Positions 22,467 through 35,676 of a stretch of 64,000 nucleotides of DNA are shown piece after piece. The number at the start of each line of letters is the position of its first letter. Positions within the stretch are counted from its first letter, which is position 1. This DNA is from Azolla caroliniana (taxonomy: Eukaryota; Plantae; Polypodiophyta): contig JBHGNT010000022.1 in assembly GCA_043228905.1 (NCBI GenBank), positions 10,726,001-10,790,000 of the forward strand, given 5' to 3'. Under the pieces are notes generated by a model that was given only the letters and a program-made list of their open reading frames with translations, had not been told where the DNA came from and made no database searches. A program made the position numbers and the translations under genes.

Positions 22467-25400
22467 AACGGATCTTTCTGCCATTGTCGTCGCCGTCTAC
22501 AACTATCGTCATCGTTGTAGTCGTCACCATTATCACCGTTGTCGTCAATTCTTGGTCGTCGTAGCTGCCGTCGCCATTGTCGTGTGTAGTCGTTGCCGCT
22601 GTCGTCATTCTCGGTCCCCGCTATCACCTACGCTTCTGACGACATAATCAACTTAGTAAATGAGAGAGCATACATATCCTTATACACTCGAACCTAGCAC
22701 GCAAGGTATCGATGCTCGACTAAGTTTTTTCTGTCCTCTTTGTCTTTTCTTTCTTTTATCTTTTGATTTACAACATGACTTCTAGACGAAACCATAAGAC
22801 GAAGAAATTATAAGTAAGGAAGAATTTTTAGATGTCCTAGGTAGAAAAATGGGCGAAAGAGATTGAAGCTGAAAAAAAGAAAGATAAGGAAGAAAAAGAA
22901 GTGCTTATTGCTGAAATAACGAAACTTAAAGTAGACAACACGAACCTTAAGAAACAAGTTAAGGACCTTGAGACATCTAGGGAAGATGGTGAAATATCTT
23001 CCCTAGAGGATATTAAGGACGAGATAAAAAAGGTTAAGGAAGAGGTTTAAAGCGATATGGAATTAACAAAATTTGGGTGGGTTTATGTAGTAAAACGTAA
23101 TATTAAAAAGGAACTAAAGGATGAAAATATTGTAAACACTACCCTTGAGGAGGAAAAAATGCGTCAAGCTCGACGCCTAAATGTACGAGTTACTGGGCTC
23201 AAGGAAGGGGCACCTCTTGACAAAGATGCACAAACATTAGGGAAAATGTTCGGGTACGAAGCCCTACCAATCACTAAAACTTGGAGGGTAGGATGTGACA
23301 CCACTAGGAAAAGAGCTTTGGTCCTTCAGTTTAAGGACCCGGAATCTAGAATCACATTTTTCAAAATGAGACCAATTCCTCGAGGAGCAGGGACCCTATC
23401 TACCTCGATGAAGACCTAACCAAGATGCAAATTGAACATCGTAAAACTTGAATGCCGCGAATCATACAAGCTTGTAAAGAGGGGCGTCGTGCTTTTTACC
23501 GAGACAGATGTGTGATAATAAATGATCGCGTCGCCAATTGACGGGGTGTGGCCCATGTGACAGACAATAAACTTAGGACGACTTTATGGAACTATAACGG
23601 TGCACTTTGGACACACCCTAGCCGTCTAGAGGAGATTTTGAAGGTATCTGACATACTTTTTTTAGTAGAAACACAGTAGAGCCCAAATCAAGGACTGCCA
23701 CGAGTTGACGGTTTTCGTTGGGAATCTGTCTTTAGACAAACCTCACATCAACATACTACTAGAGGGTCTAGACGGGTTGCGATACTATTTTGGAGACAGA
23801 TACATAATAGGATAGAAATACTAAAGAAAGACCCAAAAGCCCGTTTTATGTGGGTGAAAGTCCTCATTAGCAAGGATCAGGCGATATTTATCACCGTGTG
23901 TTACTTCCCCCCCGAAAGGATCCCGGTATAATATGGTTGGAGAGGCGAGTATAGTTGATGAAGGAACGCCACATGGGCCTTCTCCATACAAACCTTTATC
24001 GGATAAAATAATCCGATATTCTTCTCAAGGGGAAGTCTTCCTTGTAGGAGATTTCAATGGGAGAACCCAATCCCAACAATGCACAATATTTCCGATGGAT
24101 AGAAACCTCGAAATGGTGAATGTTGATCCTTTAGACTTAGACATAATGCGTACATCAAAGGATCAAGGTGCGAACGCCACAAGCTTTGGCCATCATCTGC
24201 TTGAACTTCGAAGCCCACACTAGATGATCATATATAATGGCTTAGCCAAGTGGTCAGGCTCGGAAGCACTCACATGTTTCCCACATGGAGGAGGGGAAAG
24301 CACAGTTGATTACCTAATAGGATGCCCTGAAGCTACCTACATGGTTAACTCCTTCTGGGTGGCCCCATTCCCCATTGGTGCAGACCATAGCTTTCTATAC
24401 TTTGAGCTAAAATGCGACACCTCCCACGCCACCAACTCTAATCAACCAAACCATCACACCATAGTACATTTCACGCATGAGCTCGCTGACATCTACTCCT
24501 GACATGTTCAAGCCCATGTCTCCTCTTTTTATTCTTCCTTGCCTTTAGAGAACCTCACTATAGAACTCGTACACACCCTTCACTCAGCAGCAATTAGTGT
24601 TTCCCATACACGAAACACACCAATCATAGTAGAATAGGGTCAATGCCACAAAACAAGTGGTATGACGAGGATTGTAGAGAGTTAGTGGTATAGACAACTT
24701 AAAGTGTCACGACTTAGTGGTACTATTTCCTCAGTACATGCTCGAAAAGAGATGTGCAAGTTGACACGTCGTAAAAGATGAGCTTGGGAAGCATCCCAAT
24801 ATTGGGAACTCAACCATATGCTCATGAGTAGGGATTGCACCCTTGCATGGAAGAGACTACGGGAACCGTGAACACAAACACCCATCGAGGATCCCAATAT
24901 TTGGCACACATATATCGAGAGACTCTACCATGTCCCGAACCAACCACAGAACACGACCTACAAAAGCATCTTAATGCCCTAGATGACTTTTGTACACAAC
25001 GAGGACTGGAAGTGAATCTAGCGAATAGTAAAGTCCTTATCTTTCATACATCATCCCGAGTTAGGAGTAAATGTCACCTAATCCTCTCTCATAAACTAGT
25101 TGAGGTAGTTGGATCATATGTATACTTGGGACTCACTTTTAGTGCTCGCTTAGGTAAATTCTCGATGACCCAGGCAACCAAAGATAGGGTAACGAGAGGG
25201 TATGCATCCCTCTCACTCTTAGAGAGTCAATGCCACCAAGCATACTTTCAAGAGCCACAGACAAGGGATGCCTCTTCGACTCATTAATGACCCCTTCCCT
25301 CATGTATGCATCAGTAGTATGGGCTCCAAGTCTACCATCTTTCATGTGGACGCAATTAGAGAGACCTTTGGTGACGATGTTATCACGTCAACTCCGACAC

Positions 25401-26614
25401 AAATCAACAACACCACATGACATTATTAGAGTAGAGTTTAGTCTGCCCCCGATGTTAGTAGAAGCACTATTTCAAGTGGTACTTTTTATTCATCGGATAC
25501 ATAGCCAACCACAAGGTAGGATATCTCATCGAGCCTTTGAGGCATCTCGATCCCTACATACGTCTGGAGACACTAGCTCTTGGTATAGCACTGTGGTGAG
25601 TTGGTTACTTGCAAACGGCATAGACATTAATAACCTACCCCCCCTTAAGTACAACCATGGAATTGAACAAACTCTAATATCTCATGAAGACCGTAATAAA
25701 GTGATATGCCAAGAAATATGGCAAATTTACACTCGATATAAATGGATCACCCCACGAGAGCCACTTCTCTCAGTTAGGTTTTATTACACGACCAGGATAT
25801 CTAGATACATTCTTATCAAATGCACTAAGGGTTGCCATAGGACAACTTAGGATATCATCTCACCAACTTGAGATTGAGAATGGTCGGGCTAATAGAGTCC
25901 CTAGAGAGGAAAGGCTATGTAGGTTGAGCCACATAGAGATAGAGGATGAGTATCACTTCACAATCAAGTGCCCAACTTATGCCGAGATACGAGTGGAATA
26001 CCAAGACATATTAGGACCCTCTCCCACCCTCTCCAAACTATTAGATACCCCGGATGTAAAGAGACTAGGTAGGTATATCTTAGAGCTAAAACAAAATAGA
26101 GAGAATAAATTACATAGTGTTAACCATAACCCTTTTACTATTCATCAACCTGTAACTAGTGTAATTTTTTCAGGAACAAGGGGAGACAATGAATGTGGAT
26201 ACACTTACACCGCTTGGCCTCTCTCTTGAGGAAGCCGAAACGCAAAGAACAACCAAATGCCCTCGGATGTTGGGCTTCAAAACAAGTCGACACGGAGTAG
26301 AAAGGATTAAGAAGATAAGGGAACGTGAGCTACGTCGACTAGAAGCTATGGTTGGGGTACCTTTTACATTGGGGCCATGGGCCACATCCACATCGAAACT
26401 ATTTGACCTCCTGCATCTCTTCGAGAGACTTGGATGGAAATGAAATTAGGCCTAGTATAACATCATTTTCATTGTAGAACATGTTTGCTATTTTATTTTA
26501 CTAGAACTATTTAGCTTAAAACTCTATTTTTATTTTTATTTTTTACTTTCAATGAATGATAAATATCCCATTTTTTGTTGTAAGCCATTTGTCTCGTGGG
26601 CCAATTTTGGCCTT
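22464..26614 (+). mobile_element. Near full-length degenerate RTE/RTEX-like LINE (ORF1 ~22849-23541; ORF2 ~23556-26443 with RT core deleted)
   Basis: ORF1 coiled coil plus NVRVTGLKEG; APE motifs GDFNGRT, STVDY and ADH; YVYLG; LRISSHQLEIENGR..EDEYHF..CP. Confidence 0.82.
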
Positions 26615-26619
26615 GGGTG

Positions 26620-28518
26620 TGACAATGGAATATGGTCACCCACTAACTACACTACATGGGTAGTCGAACACGTTGAATTGCCAATCGGCAAGACGAACAC
26701 TCCATTGAGGAAAGAATTTCCACTTGCTCCAATAAAGGAAATTGCCACATTAGTACTCCCTTCAACTTTCGTAGATATGCTTTCACTCCATGTCTACCAT
26801 CAAATACAAAAGCGTTGTGTATATTCCAATTATGATGCAATCCCCAATATCTCAAAAATAGAAAAACGATCTCCATCTCTGATTTTGGGTCAACCTGTGT
26901 AAATTGTGCAACACCCCATGTCTAGGTGTCAAATAACATCGTGATAAGACTTGCCAAATTTGAGAAATGTAACTTCAAATCTGACAAGCAATCAGACATT
27001 GTATAAATCGACGAGTACTATCTTCCATTCGAACAGTGCAAAAAAAGCAATTACCCGTTGCTAGTCCACGACACTTTAGAGCTAATCCCGAAGGCAATCC
27101 TCCAATCAAAACTTTCCAAATGAAGACCTTTGCTACAAGTGGAAATTTAGAATGTCAACTACGTTGTAAGATCTGCCACCACCCATGATTGGATTTGTGT
27201 ATTCTCCATTCTTCTTCAGCCTTAGATGATAACCATCCAAGAGACTCAACAGAGCAATAATACAAAAGATTAGTAGTCACTTGTAACAACGACGTTTGAC
27301 CCTTTAAACAATGACGTTTGTAGAGGTAAGGGACCTTGCATCAATGGAATATTTTGTAGTTGTTGCCAAATAAACCCATAATTAGGCAGGAATGCATAAT
27401 AATTGTCATGCTTCAACAAACTCCAAAATTCTTTGAGATGGAGCCTCAACTATATCTCCCACCTCTTTGACCCCCAAACGAAACAAACGATTAAATTGAG
27501 ATCGCATTCTCTCCTTTCCTGGCCAACATAATAACTGAGAAGACACAAGCAACTCTTTTTGCAAAGAATTAGAATGCTCTCTACTAGATGATGGTTTCCA
27601 TACACATAACAAGAGTGCTTCTTGCCATGAGAAAACCAAATGTTGAACACATGTAGAGCCCGGAACCCTAAGTGAAATACATTCATTCAGTAATTTCCAC
27701 CATGAAGCCTTAATTGTTGTCCTCCCATGTGTTATACACTTGTTCTCTATGAAATATTGAACAATAGATATCCATGGTTGTGAGTTTGAACACATGTCTA
27801 GTAATAATGAATATCTACATGCCATCATATGCTTAGATAAGTTCAATGTTCGAGTTCCCCCCAAGCGCTTAGGGGTTGTTAGATGATTCCACGCAACCCA
27901 AGTGATTCCCATCTTATCCCTCTTCTTCCACAACAAATATCGAAGAGGTTGCAAAATAGAATGCAAAGCCTTCTTTGTCCGTGGCAACAATGGCAAGTAA
28001 TATAATATCATGGGTTCCATAATACATTGTACAACCTTCAAGCATACATGAAATGGCCAAGATTGTGACTTCCAATACATGAACATATCCCTCAACTTAC
28101 TAGACATCCATTCAATCAATTGACCATTTGTAACATTCATCCTGAATGGATAGCCCAAGTGTCGAAAAATAGATCCTTTCTTCACCACGGATCCTTGCCA
28201 TCATAAACATTCCAAATCCCTTTCAATACATGATATGAGACTAGAATTCCTCCAATTAATATATAATCTGGAAGTCAATGCAAATTGGTTCCATATAAGC
28301 ATCCCCTTCTCAAGATTCTCTCGTGAGGCTTGTAGAAACATGAAAGAAGGTGTAAACCCAAAATGTCAGCATTTGTTGCAAGCCTTGATAACATTACTAA
28401 CAAGGGATGAGTAACAATAGCAAAAAACAATGGGCTAAGAGGGCATCCTTGACAAACGAATATTCTGAAGGCAATATCTGATGTAACTCCCCCATTAAGC
28501 ATTACTCGAGACACCACA
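26620..28518 (-). pseudogene. L1-clade LINE G, ORF2 3' part (RT, zf-RVT)
   Basis: QGCPLSPLFF, RHLGYP, WVAW..PKRLGG and CFFC. Confidence 0.82.
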
Positions 28519-29136
28519 AACACCTTTGCATTCACAAGTGGAAGGATTGCGCATTCCACTTATAGATTCCTTTTATAATCTTGCGATTTTAGACAATTTC
28601 CAAAAACTTGATACACTAGTATCACATGTTTAAAATAGCATGTAAATTTTGCTAATTTTTTGAGATTTAACAAATTTCTAAATGATAATTTCTAAAATTG
28701 AATAGTTTAGGGATAATGTTTAAATGTTGATAGTTTGCAGATATGAAATGTAGTTAACTTAAAGAAAATCACAATTATGGTCAACTCAAGGCACAAGTTA
28801 AGATTAATGGTTTCACCGTCTTGAGAAGATTAAGGTTACATCTATTGTTAGACTTGAAAATGTTTTAAGTATAAAAGGTAATATTGCAATCCTTAATGTC
28901 ATCATCTATAAATTAGTGCTCATTAACATCCATAAATTCACAACTCAAGAAATGTAGACAATATTCATAAACAATTTTGATAAATCCACAACTCCTAAAA
29001 TGTAGATGATATTCATAAATTGTCAAACTTTAGATGTGAACATTAATATATCAATTTGAACATAACACATAGTTATCAAGGTATCTACAATGTTATAATC
29101 TCCTTCCTTATAAGAATTCCCCTTCAAAATTTGTGA

Positions 29137-32030
29137 AGTAAATGGCATTTGCAAAGTTCAATTACCATCAACAGAATTATTAATGGTTTTCTTCTAATAA
29201 ATGAAGCACATATTTACCATAAGGTATCTTGTTGTGCAACATACATCTTTAAAAACCTCTTTTATTTGAAAAACAACAAGAGTTTTAAACATGAACACGA
29301 TAGGTTGTATTGAATTGACGTAAAAAATAGAGTTTTCATCATAACTCTATACAATATATTAAATTCATGTTCAAAGTTTTTTTACCGGATTTAAATAATA
29401 ATAATAATAATATATTAAACTTGAGTTCATAGAAAAACCAGATTTTTCATCACAATTCAATACAATGTATCGAGTTCATGTTTAAAGTAATTTTTTCTAA
29501 TTTAAAAAAAAACATTTTCAATTTGTTTCAAATTTTTTTATTTTTTTTCAAATTTTTTTTGTTTCTTTTAATTTCTTTTATTTTTTTATTTTTTATGGAA
29601 AAAATAATAATTTTAAACATGAACTTGATACATTGTATCGACTTGTGATAAAAACTCAGGTTTTTTCATCACTTATTAAAGCTCAAAAACAAAATTCTAA
29701 GACAGAGACGAAATTAGTACTAAGAGAGAAATATTAGTACTAAGAAGAATTTAAGGTGTAGAACACTTGAGAGAAGAAGAGAGAGAGAGAGGGACTGAGA
29801 GGGAATGATGATGACATGAGTTAATCTACGACGTATCGAGTTCATGTTGAAAGTGTTATTTCCGATTTATTTTTTAAAATAATTACATTTTTTCCTATTT
29901 TATTTTGGTATTTTGTTTTTTTCTCTAAAAAGCTTTGAGCTTTAATAAGTGACGATAATAATATTTTATGTATTACAATGTATCGTCTAATGGTCAAGAG
30001 CTTGACCCATGTAGCATAATGTCATGGGTTCAAGTCCTACATATCACGACATGAACTAAGTCAACTTTTTTACATGAACTCGATATGCCTTTTCAACATG
30101 AACTCGATACGGCGTATCGAGTTCATGTTTAAAGTCTAACTTTTTTACATGAACTCGATACGGCGTATCGAGTTCATGTTTAAAGTTTTATTTCCGATTT
30201 ATTTTTTTAAATAATTACATTTTTCCTATTTTATTTTGGTATTTTGTTTTTTTTTCTAAAAAACTTTAAGATTTAATAAGTGATGAAAATAATATTTCAT
30301 GTATTACAATGTATGGTCTAATGGTTAAGAGCTCCACCCATGCAGCACAAGGTCAAGGGTTCGAGTCCTAGCATATCATATCATCAACTAAGTTAACATT
30401 TTTACATGAACTCGATACCCCTTTTCAACATGAACTCGATACGCCGTATCGAGTTCATGTTGAAAAGCTAACTTTTTTACATGAACTCGATACGGCGTAT
30501 CGAGTTCATGTTTAAAGTTTTATTTCGGATTTTTTTTTAAAAATAATTACATTTTTTCCTATTTTATTATGGTGTTTTGTTTGTTTTCTAAAAACAAATT
30601 GAGCTTTAATAAGTGATAAAAATAATACTTTATGTATTGCAATGTATGGTCTAATGGTCAAGAGCCCCACCCATGTAGCAGAAGGTCATGGGTTCGAGTC
30701 CTACTATATCATGTCATGAACTAAGCTAACTTCTTTACATGAACTCGATACCCCTTTTAAACATGAACTCGATACGCTGTATCGAGTTCATGTAAAAAAG
30801 TTAGCTTTTCAACATGAACTCGATACGCCATATCGAGTTCATGTTTAAAGTTTTATTTCAGATTTTTTTTTTTAAATAATTACATTTTTTCCTATTTTAT
30901 TATGGTGTTTTATTTTTTTTCTAAAAAAAATTAAGCTTTAATAAGTGATAAAAATAATAATATATGTATTACACCGTGTAGCAGAAGGTCATGGGTTCGA
31001 GTCCTACCATATCATGACATATAAAAAAGTTAGCTTTTTTACAAGAACTCGATACTAGCTTTTTTACATGAACCTGATACGGCGTATCGAGTTCATGTTG
31101 AAAAGCTAACTTTTTTACATGAACCCGACACGGTGTATCGAGTTCATGTTTAAAGTTTTATTTCGGATTTTTTTTTTTAAATAATTACATTTTTCCCTAT
31201 TTTATTATGGTGTTTTGTTTTTTTTCTAAAAAAGAATTGAGCTTTAAGAAGTGATAAAAATAATATTTTATGTATTACAATGTATGGTTTAATGGTCAAG
31301 AGCTTGACCCATGTAACAAAGGTCATGGGTTCGAGTCCTACCATATCATGACATGAAAAGTTTAATTTTGGATTTTTTTAAAAAAATATTTAAATTTTTT
31401 TCTATTTTATTTTGGTACTTTGTTTTTTTTTCTAAAACAAAATTGAGCTTTAATAAGTGGTGAAAAAACTAGAGCTTTTATCACAAGTCGATACAATGTA
31501 TCAAATTGATGTTTAAAAAATAAAACAAAATCAATAAAAAACTATAAAAAATTGAAAAAAATTGAAACAAAATTGAAAACAATTAGAAAAAATTACTTTA
31601 AGCATGAACTCAATACATTATATTGAATTGTGATAAAATTATGGTTTTCTAGATGAACTCAAGCACAATTTATTATTATTATTATTTTTTAAATCTAGTA
31701 AAAAAAACTTTGAGCAAGAATTCAATACATTGTATGGAATTATGATGAAAACTCTATTTTTTACATCAACTCGATATAACATATCGACTTAATGTTTAAA
31801 ATCTTGTTGTTTTTCAGATAAAAGAGGTTTTTTAAACATGAACTTGAATCGTACTAAAATCTTTGTTTTTACAAGAGAAAAAGATGCATATCGATAGTGC
31901 AAACAAGTATGTTGTACAATAAGATACTTTATGGTAAACATGTGCATCATTGATTAACAAAAAACTATTAATAATTGTGTTGATGGTAATTGAACCTTGC
32001 AAATGCCATTTACACGGTCCATAAAGTGTT
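29137..32030. repeat. Long internal inverted repeat (~550-bp arms at 29137-29690 and 31443-32012)
   Basis: GTAAATGGCATTTGCAAAGTTCAATTACCATCAAC and its reverse complement, continuing through both arms. Confidence 0.85.
29830..31460 (+). repeat. About five ~330-bp tandem units, each with ~31-35-bp hairpins and a tRNA-like A/B-box module
   Basis: CATGAACTCGATAC-NNN-GTATCGAGTTCATG palindromes; TGGTCTAATGGT(C/T)AAG..GGTTCGAGTCC near 29980, 30310, 30643, 30975 (A-box lost) and 31280. Confidence 0.88.
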
Positions 32031-32885
32031 CGTATGGTTCTCAATCACTACTTAATGTTGATCTTTATAGTTGGAACGAATGATGACAACACAAGCATAA
32101 CTCAGGTGACAAGGAAACTTGCAAGAAGTCAAGGTGGGGATATTAATAGCTACACATGTAGATGGCCATGACCTAGGGTACCAATTCTGCATTGGTAAAG
32201 TTTTGGATGTGATGATGCATAAAACCTTTGTAATACATCTATCATTGACATTAATGAGGTGGATATCATTATGTATGACTTTAAACAAATAAAAGTTGGA
32301 TGTATAAGGACAACAACGATATGCATAATAAAAGAGATATTAGCAAGTCTAGAAGATATCTCAGATTGAAGACGAAGAAGATTTATTGCACAAAATTTGG
32401 AGATACCATTTGGTGAAGACAATGATTTGATTGGTACATTAGAAGATGAGGAGGAAGAGTCACAATTGTATATTATCTATAGTAGTGATTCTCATGAAAA
32501 GAATGATGATAGTCATGCAAATAACTCCCAAATGTATTTGTTGTGCAACTATATGTAACAAATTTAGACAACATTTTATCGAATGGAATAAAAACGTTCA
32601 TTGTTTTGAAATATTCTACTTTGATTTCTTTAAGATCTAAAAACTTATTAGTTGTCATTTTTCTTTAAAAATCCACAAAGTTACTTTTCATATTTTACCC
32701 AAATTTGGCATTTTTCAATTTTACCAAATGGTGAAAATTTCAACTTTTTCATCAAGTTTTGGAGAACATGTGATACTAGTATCAAGATGTTTTGTGAAAT
32801 GGCAAAAAAAACCCCAAAATCAAACAGAATATTCCTTATCCTTCCACTTGTGCGCGATCCTTCCACTTGTGAACGCAAACGTGTT

Positions 32886-32999
32886 CACATCTTGTCCTAA
32901 TAAAAATATGAGGTGAGACATATGAGGTCCAAAACCCATTGTATGCATTAACCCAGAAACAAAGGATCAATTAACATGATCATAAGCTTTCTTCAAATC
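32886..32999 (-). pseudogene. Continuation of LINE G RT upstream of element H
   Basis: Reads ..MHTMGFGPHMSHLIFLLGQDV in frame with 28518. Confidence 0.75.
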
Positions 33000-33645
33000 T
33001 GTAAAAGAATACGTTGTGTGGAAGCAATAGAAAACCGAACACAGAAACGCAGGTTTAATGGAGAGCTTAGAATATACACAATACACGGGAATGACAAAGA
33101 GAGAGCACACAGAAAATCAATTCAAAAATCATACTTAATCTGTACATCGTATGTGTTCAGTGAACACTTTTATACAAGTCCATACAGACTGACAGAAGTA
33201 CGGTGTACTTCAATGCTCACACAAGCGTCTGACACTAACTATGAGACATTAACTTCCTAGTAGTCTAGGCTGCTACTAGGCTTCCGGTTATTGATGGATC
33301 TGGCTAACCGGCTCCCCAGCTCACCGGCTCACCGATTCGGCTCATTCTTCTAGATGCCGATCCAGCTCAAGCTTATTTAGCCGTTCCGGATCCGGTTGAG
33401 CTTGCCGCTCAACACTCCCCCTCAAGCTCAACTTGAGGTCGGATCGTAGTGTTAGTCTCCATGGTAGTTAATCCTTCCACCCAGCTCCTTCTGGTGTCAC
33501 TCCACCTTGCTCGCGCTCCTCGTCCAATCCTGTCTTGTTTGCCGCGACCCTTCTGTCTCTACGCACCTCGACCTCCTCGGTTGGCTTGTCTGTTCAACAG
33601 GCCCAATTCAGCTCCCTCGCTGCAATGACTTCGGTGCTCGCCGAT
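33000..33645 (-). mobile_element. 3' end of Copia I: 3' UTR, PPT 33415-33426, LTR 33000-33414
   Basis: CTTGAGGGGGAG|TGTTGAGCGG...TTTTACA; U5 similar to the LTR of Copia J. Confidence 0.82.
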
Positions 33646-34135
33646 TGTTGAGAGACAAGCTCAACATTCGTGCGTAATACGATGCGTAACCCAGTGCGTA
33701 GATTGGGTGCGTAAATCGGTACGCATAATATGGCCGTATAGGTGTGAAAACCACAAGGCTGTTGGGAAGATATTCCTCGTAAGGAATAATTTTGGGAGTT
33801 AGTGTAGTAGGCTCATTTATGAGCGGTCAAGTACTGTCAGTACTTGTGTCAGCCCTATTGTTAGGACTTGTATAAAAGGTGCTCACTGAGCACGGTGTAT
33901 CTACAGATTGAGTAATATTTTAAATTGAGTTTCTGTGTGTGTCTCTCTCTCTGTCTCTCCGGTGTACTGTGTATATTCTAAACTCTCCATTAAACCTGTG
34001 TTCTGTGTTCGGTTTTCTATTGCTTCCGCATGCTATTCTTTTTACATGGTATCAGAGCACGAGGGTTGAGAACCTTTGCAGCCGACCTTAGCTCAAGAAG
34101 AAAACCTAACCTTCGTAAAGAAGAGGAAAAACAAA

Positions 34136-35676
34136 ATGGATAAAGGCATCGCTAGCTCGCTTCCAACGGAGAATCTCGACAGAAACAACTACGCGTCTTG
34201 GTCTTACAAGATGCATCAGTACCTGCTCGGGCATGGTTACTGGAGCTATGTTGACGGAGCAAATGACACAGCACCCGGTTCAACAGACAAAGACTTCCCG
34301 GCTTGGGAACAGTTTGTGAGCAAAGTACTATACTGCTTCGTGTCTTGTGTGGGAGAACAACTCCTAAGCTACATTCGGGATGCAAAAACGCCGAAAGATG
34401 CTTGGGGAAATCTTAAGAAGATTTTTGCCGCAAGCACTACAGCTAGGAAATTTCAACTCCGATAGGAGCTCAGCAACCTACGACAACGTGACTTGTCGGT
34501 GGCTGATTACACCTCGAAGATCAAAGAGATATGCCACTCCTTAGCTGCTATCGATGTGAACGTCAAGGAAGGCAAGATGGTGCAGATCTGTCTTGGGGGA
34601 CTAGCATCGAAGTTCGGAGCATTCCGAACTACTGTGTGTACACGGGAGAATACGCAGTCATTTTTCGACCTACAGTCAATGCTCCTTATAGAGGAGAACC
34701 ACGTGGGTGCGTTGTCAAGCACGCATGCCAACATCAAGATGTTGTACACGGAGGGAGATAAGCCTCGTGGTCGTGGCAAACAAGGCGAGTCGGTGCGCAA
34801 TGGAGGCGGCCGACAGGATCAAGGAAGAAGGCACCGAAGTGATGCCAACAACAATTCCAAACCCTCCGGAAACAGGGGGAGTCGAGGCGACGAGAACCAG
34901 CAATGGAAATCCGTTGTAGAATGCTGGTACTGTAGCAAGAAAGGCCACGAGGAGAGCGAGTGCTGGAAGAAGCGCGCTGATTCAGAGAGGACCGGATCTG
35001 GATCGGGCTCCGGACGAACCGACAAAGGAAATTGGCAACAATTGCACTACGCTGAAGGGTTCGGAAAAGCCGGAAAAGGGTCAGCCTTCGTGACGAGACA
35101 CAAAGCGAACTTGATGAAGATGTCCACCCCGAAATCAGACAAGGTGTGGTATGTCAACTCTGGCGCGTCAAACCACATGATGTGCCACAAGGAGTGGTTC
35201 TCATACCTTGAGAAACCGATTCAACCGGGAGTAGTTGCAACCACAGACGACACTCCGCATCCAATCGCGAATGTCGGTGAATTTCCCCTGAGCCATGTCA
35301 GGCAGAAAGGGAAACTCATGAACGTGTTACACGTCTCGACAATCACAAAGAATCTGGTGTTGGTCGGGCAGATCATTGACTAGGGGATGCAAGTCCCGTT
35401 CACGCATCTCGGGTGCTTCATCGAAGAAGAAGGCCGAGTTATTGCGCAAGGGTGCAGAGACGGGAGGATGTTTATCCTCGACTCTAGTGATGGTGGCACC
35501 GCAATGTTCGCGAAAGGACAAAAAGTCGAGTCGAATATCGACTTATGGCATAAGCGGATAGGCCACGTCAACTATCAACGGCTTCGGGATGTGCAATGGA
35601 AACATGTGGTGTTCGGATTGCCCAAATTTTGTGGCCAGAAGGCGCAAATTTGTGAAGCTTGCTAGCTAGGGAAGCA
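34136..35676 (+). pseudogene. Copia J gag, protease and GAG-pre-integrase (with stops)
   Basis: CWYCSKKGHEESEC, NSGASNHM and LWHKRIGH..CEAC. Confidence 0.88.

Larger units (their letters stand above)
28519..32885. mobile_element. Foldback-like TIR DNA element H, non-autonomous, TSD CACA
   Basis: TIR AACAC(C/G)TTTGC(A/G)TTCACAAGTGGAAGGAT(T/C)GCGCA; CACA at 28515-28518 and 32886-32889. Removal restores the LINE frame ..LLGQDV|VSRVMLNG. Confidence 0.9.

Noticed and set aside
29975-31345. Genuine tRNA gene cluster
   Set aside because: A and B boxes are present, but no 7-bp acceptor stem or regular anticodon arm could be folded.
29830-31460. CRISPR array (palindromic ~31-35-bp repeats with spacers)
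   Set aside because: Spacers are themselves repeated, the context is eukaryotic transposon DNA, and there are no cas-like ORFs.
33000-33645. Inverted 3' end of Copia J itself
   Set aside because: U3 differs from the J 5' LTR, so it is a separate related element.
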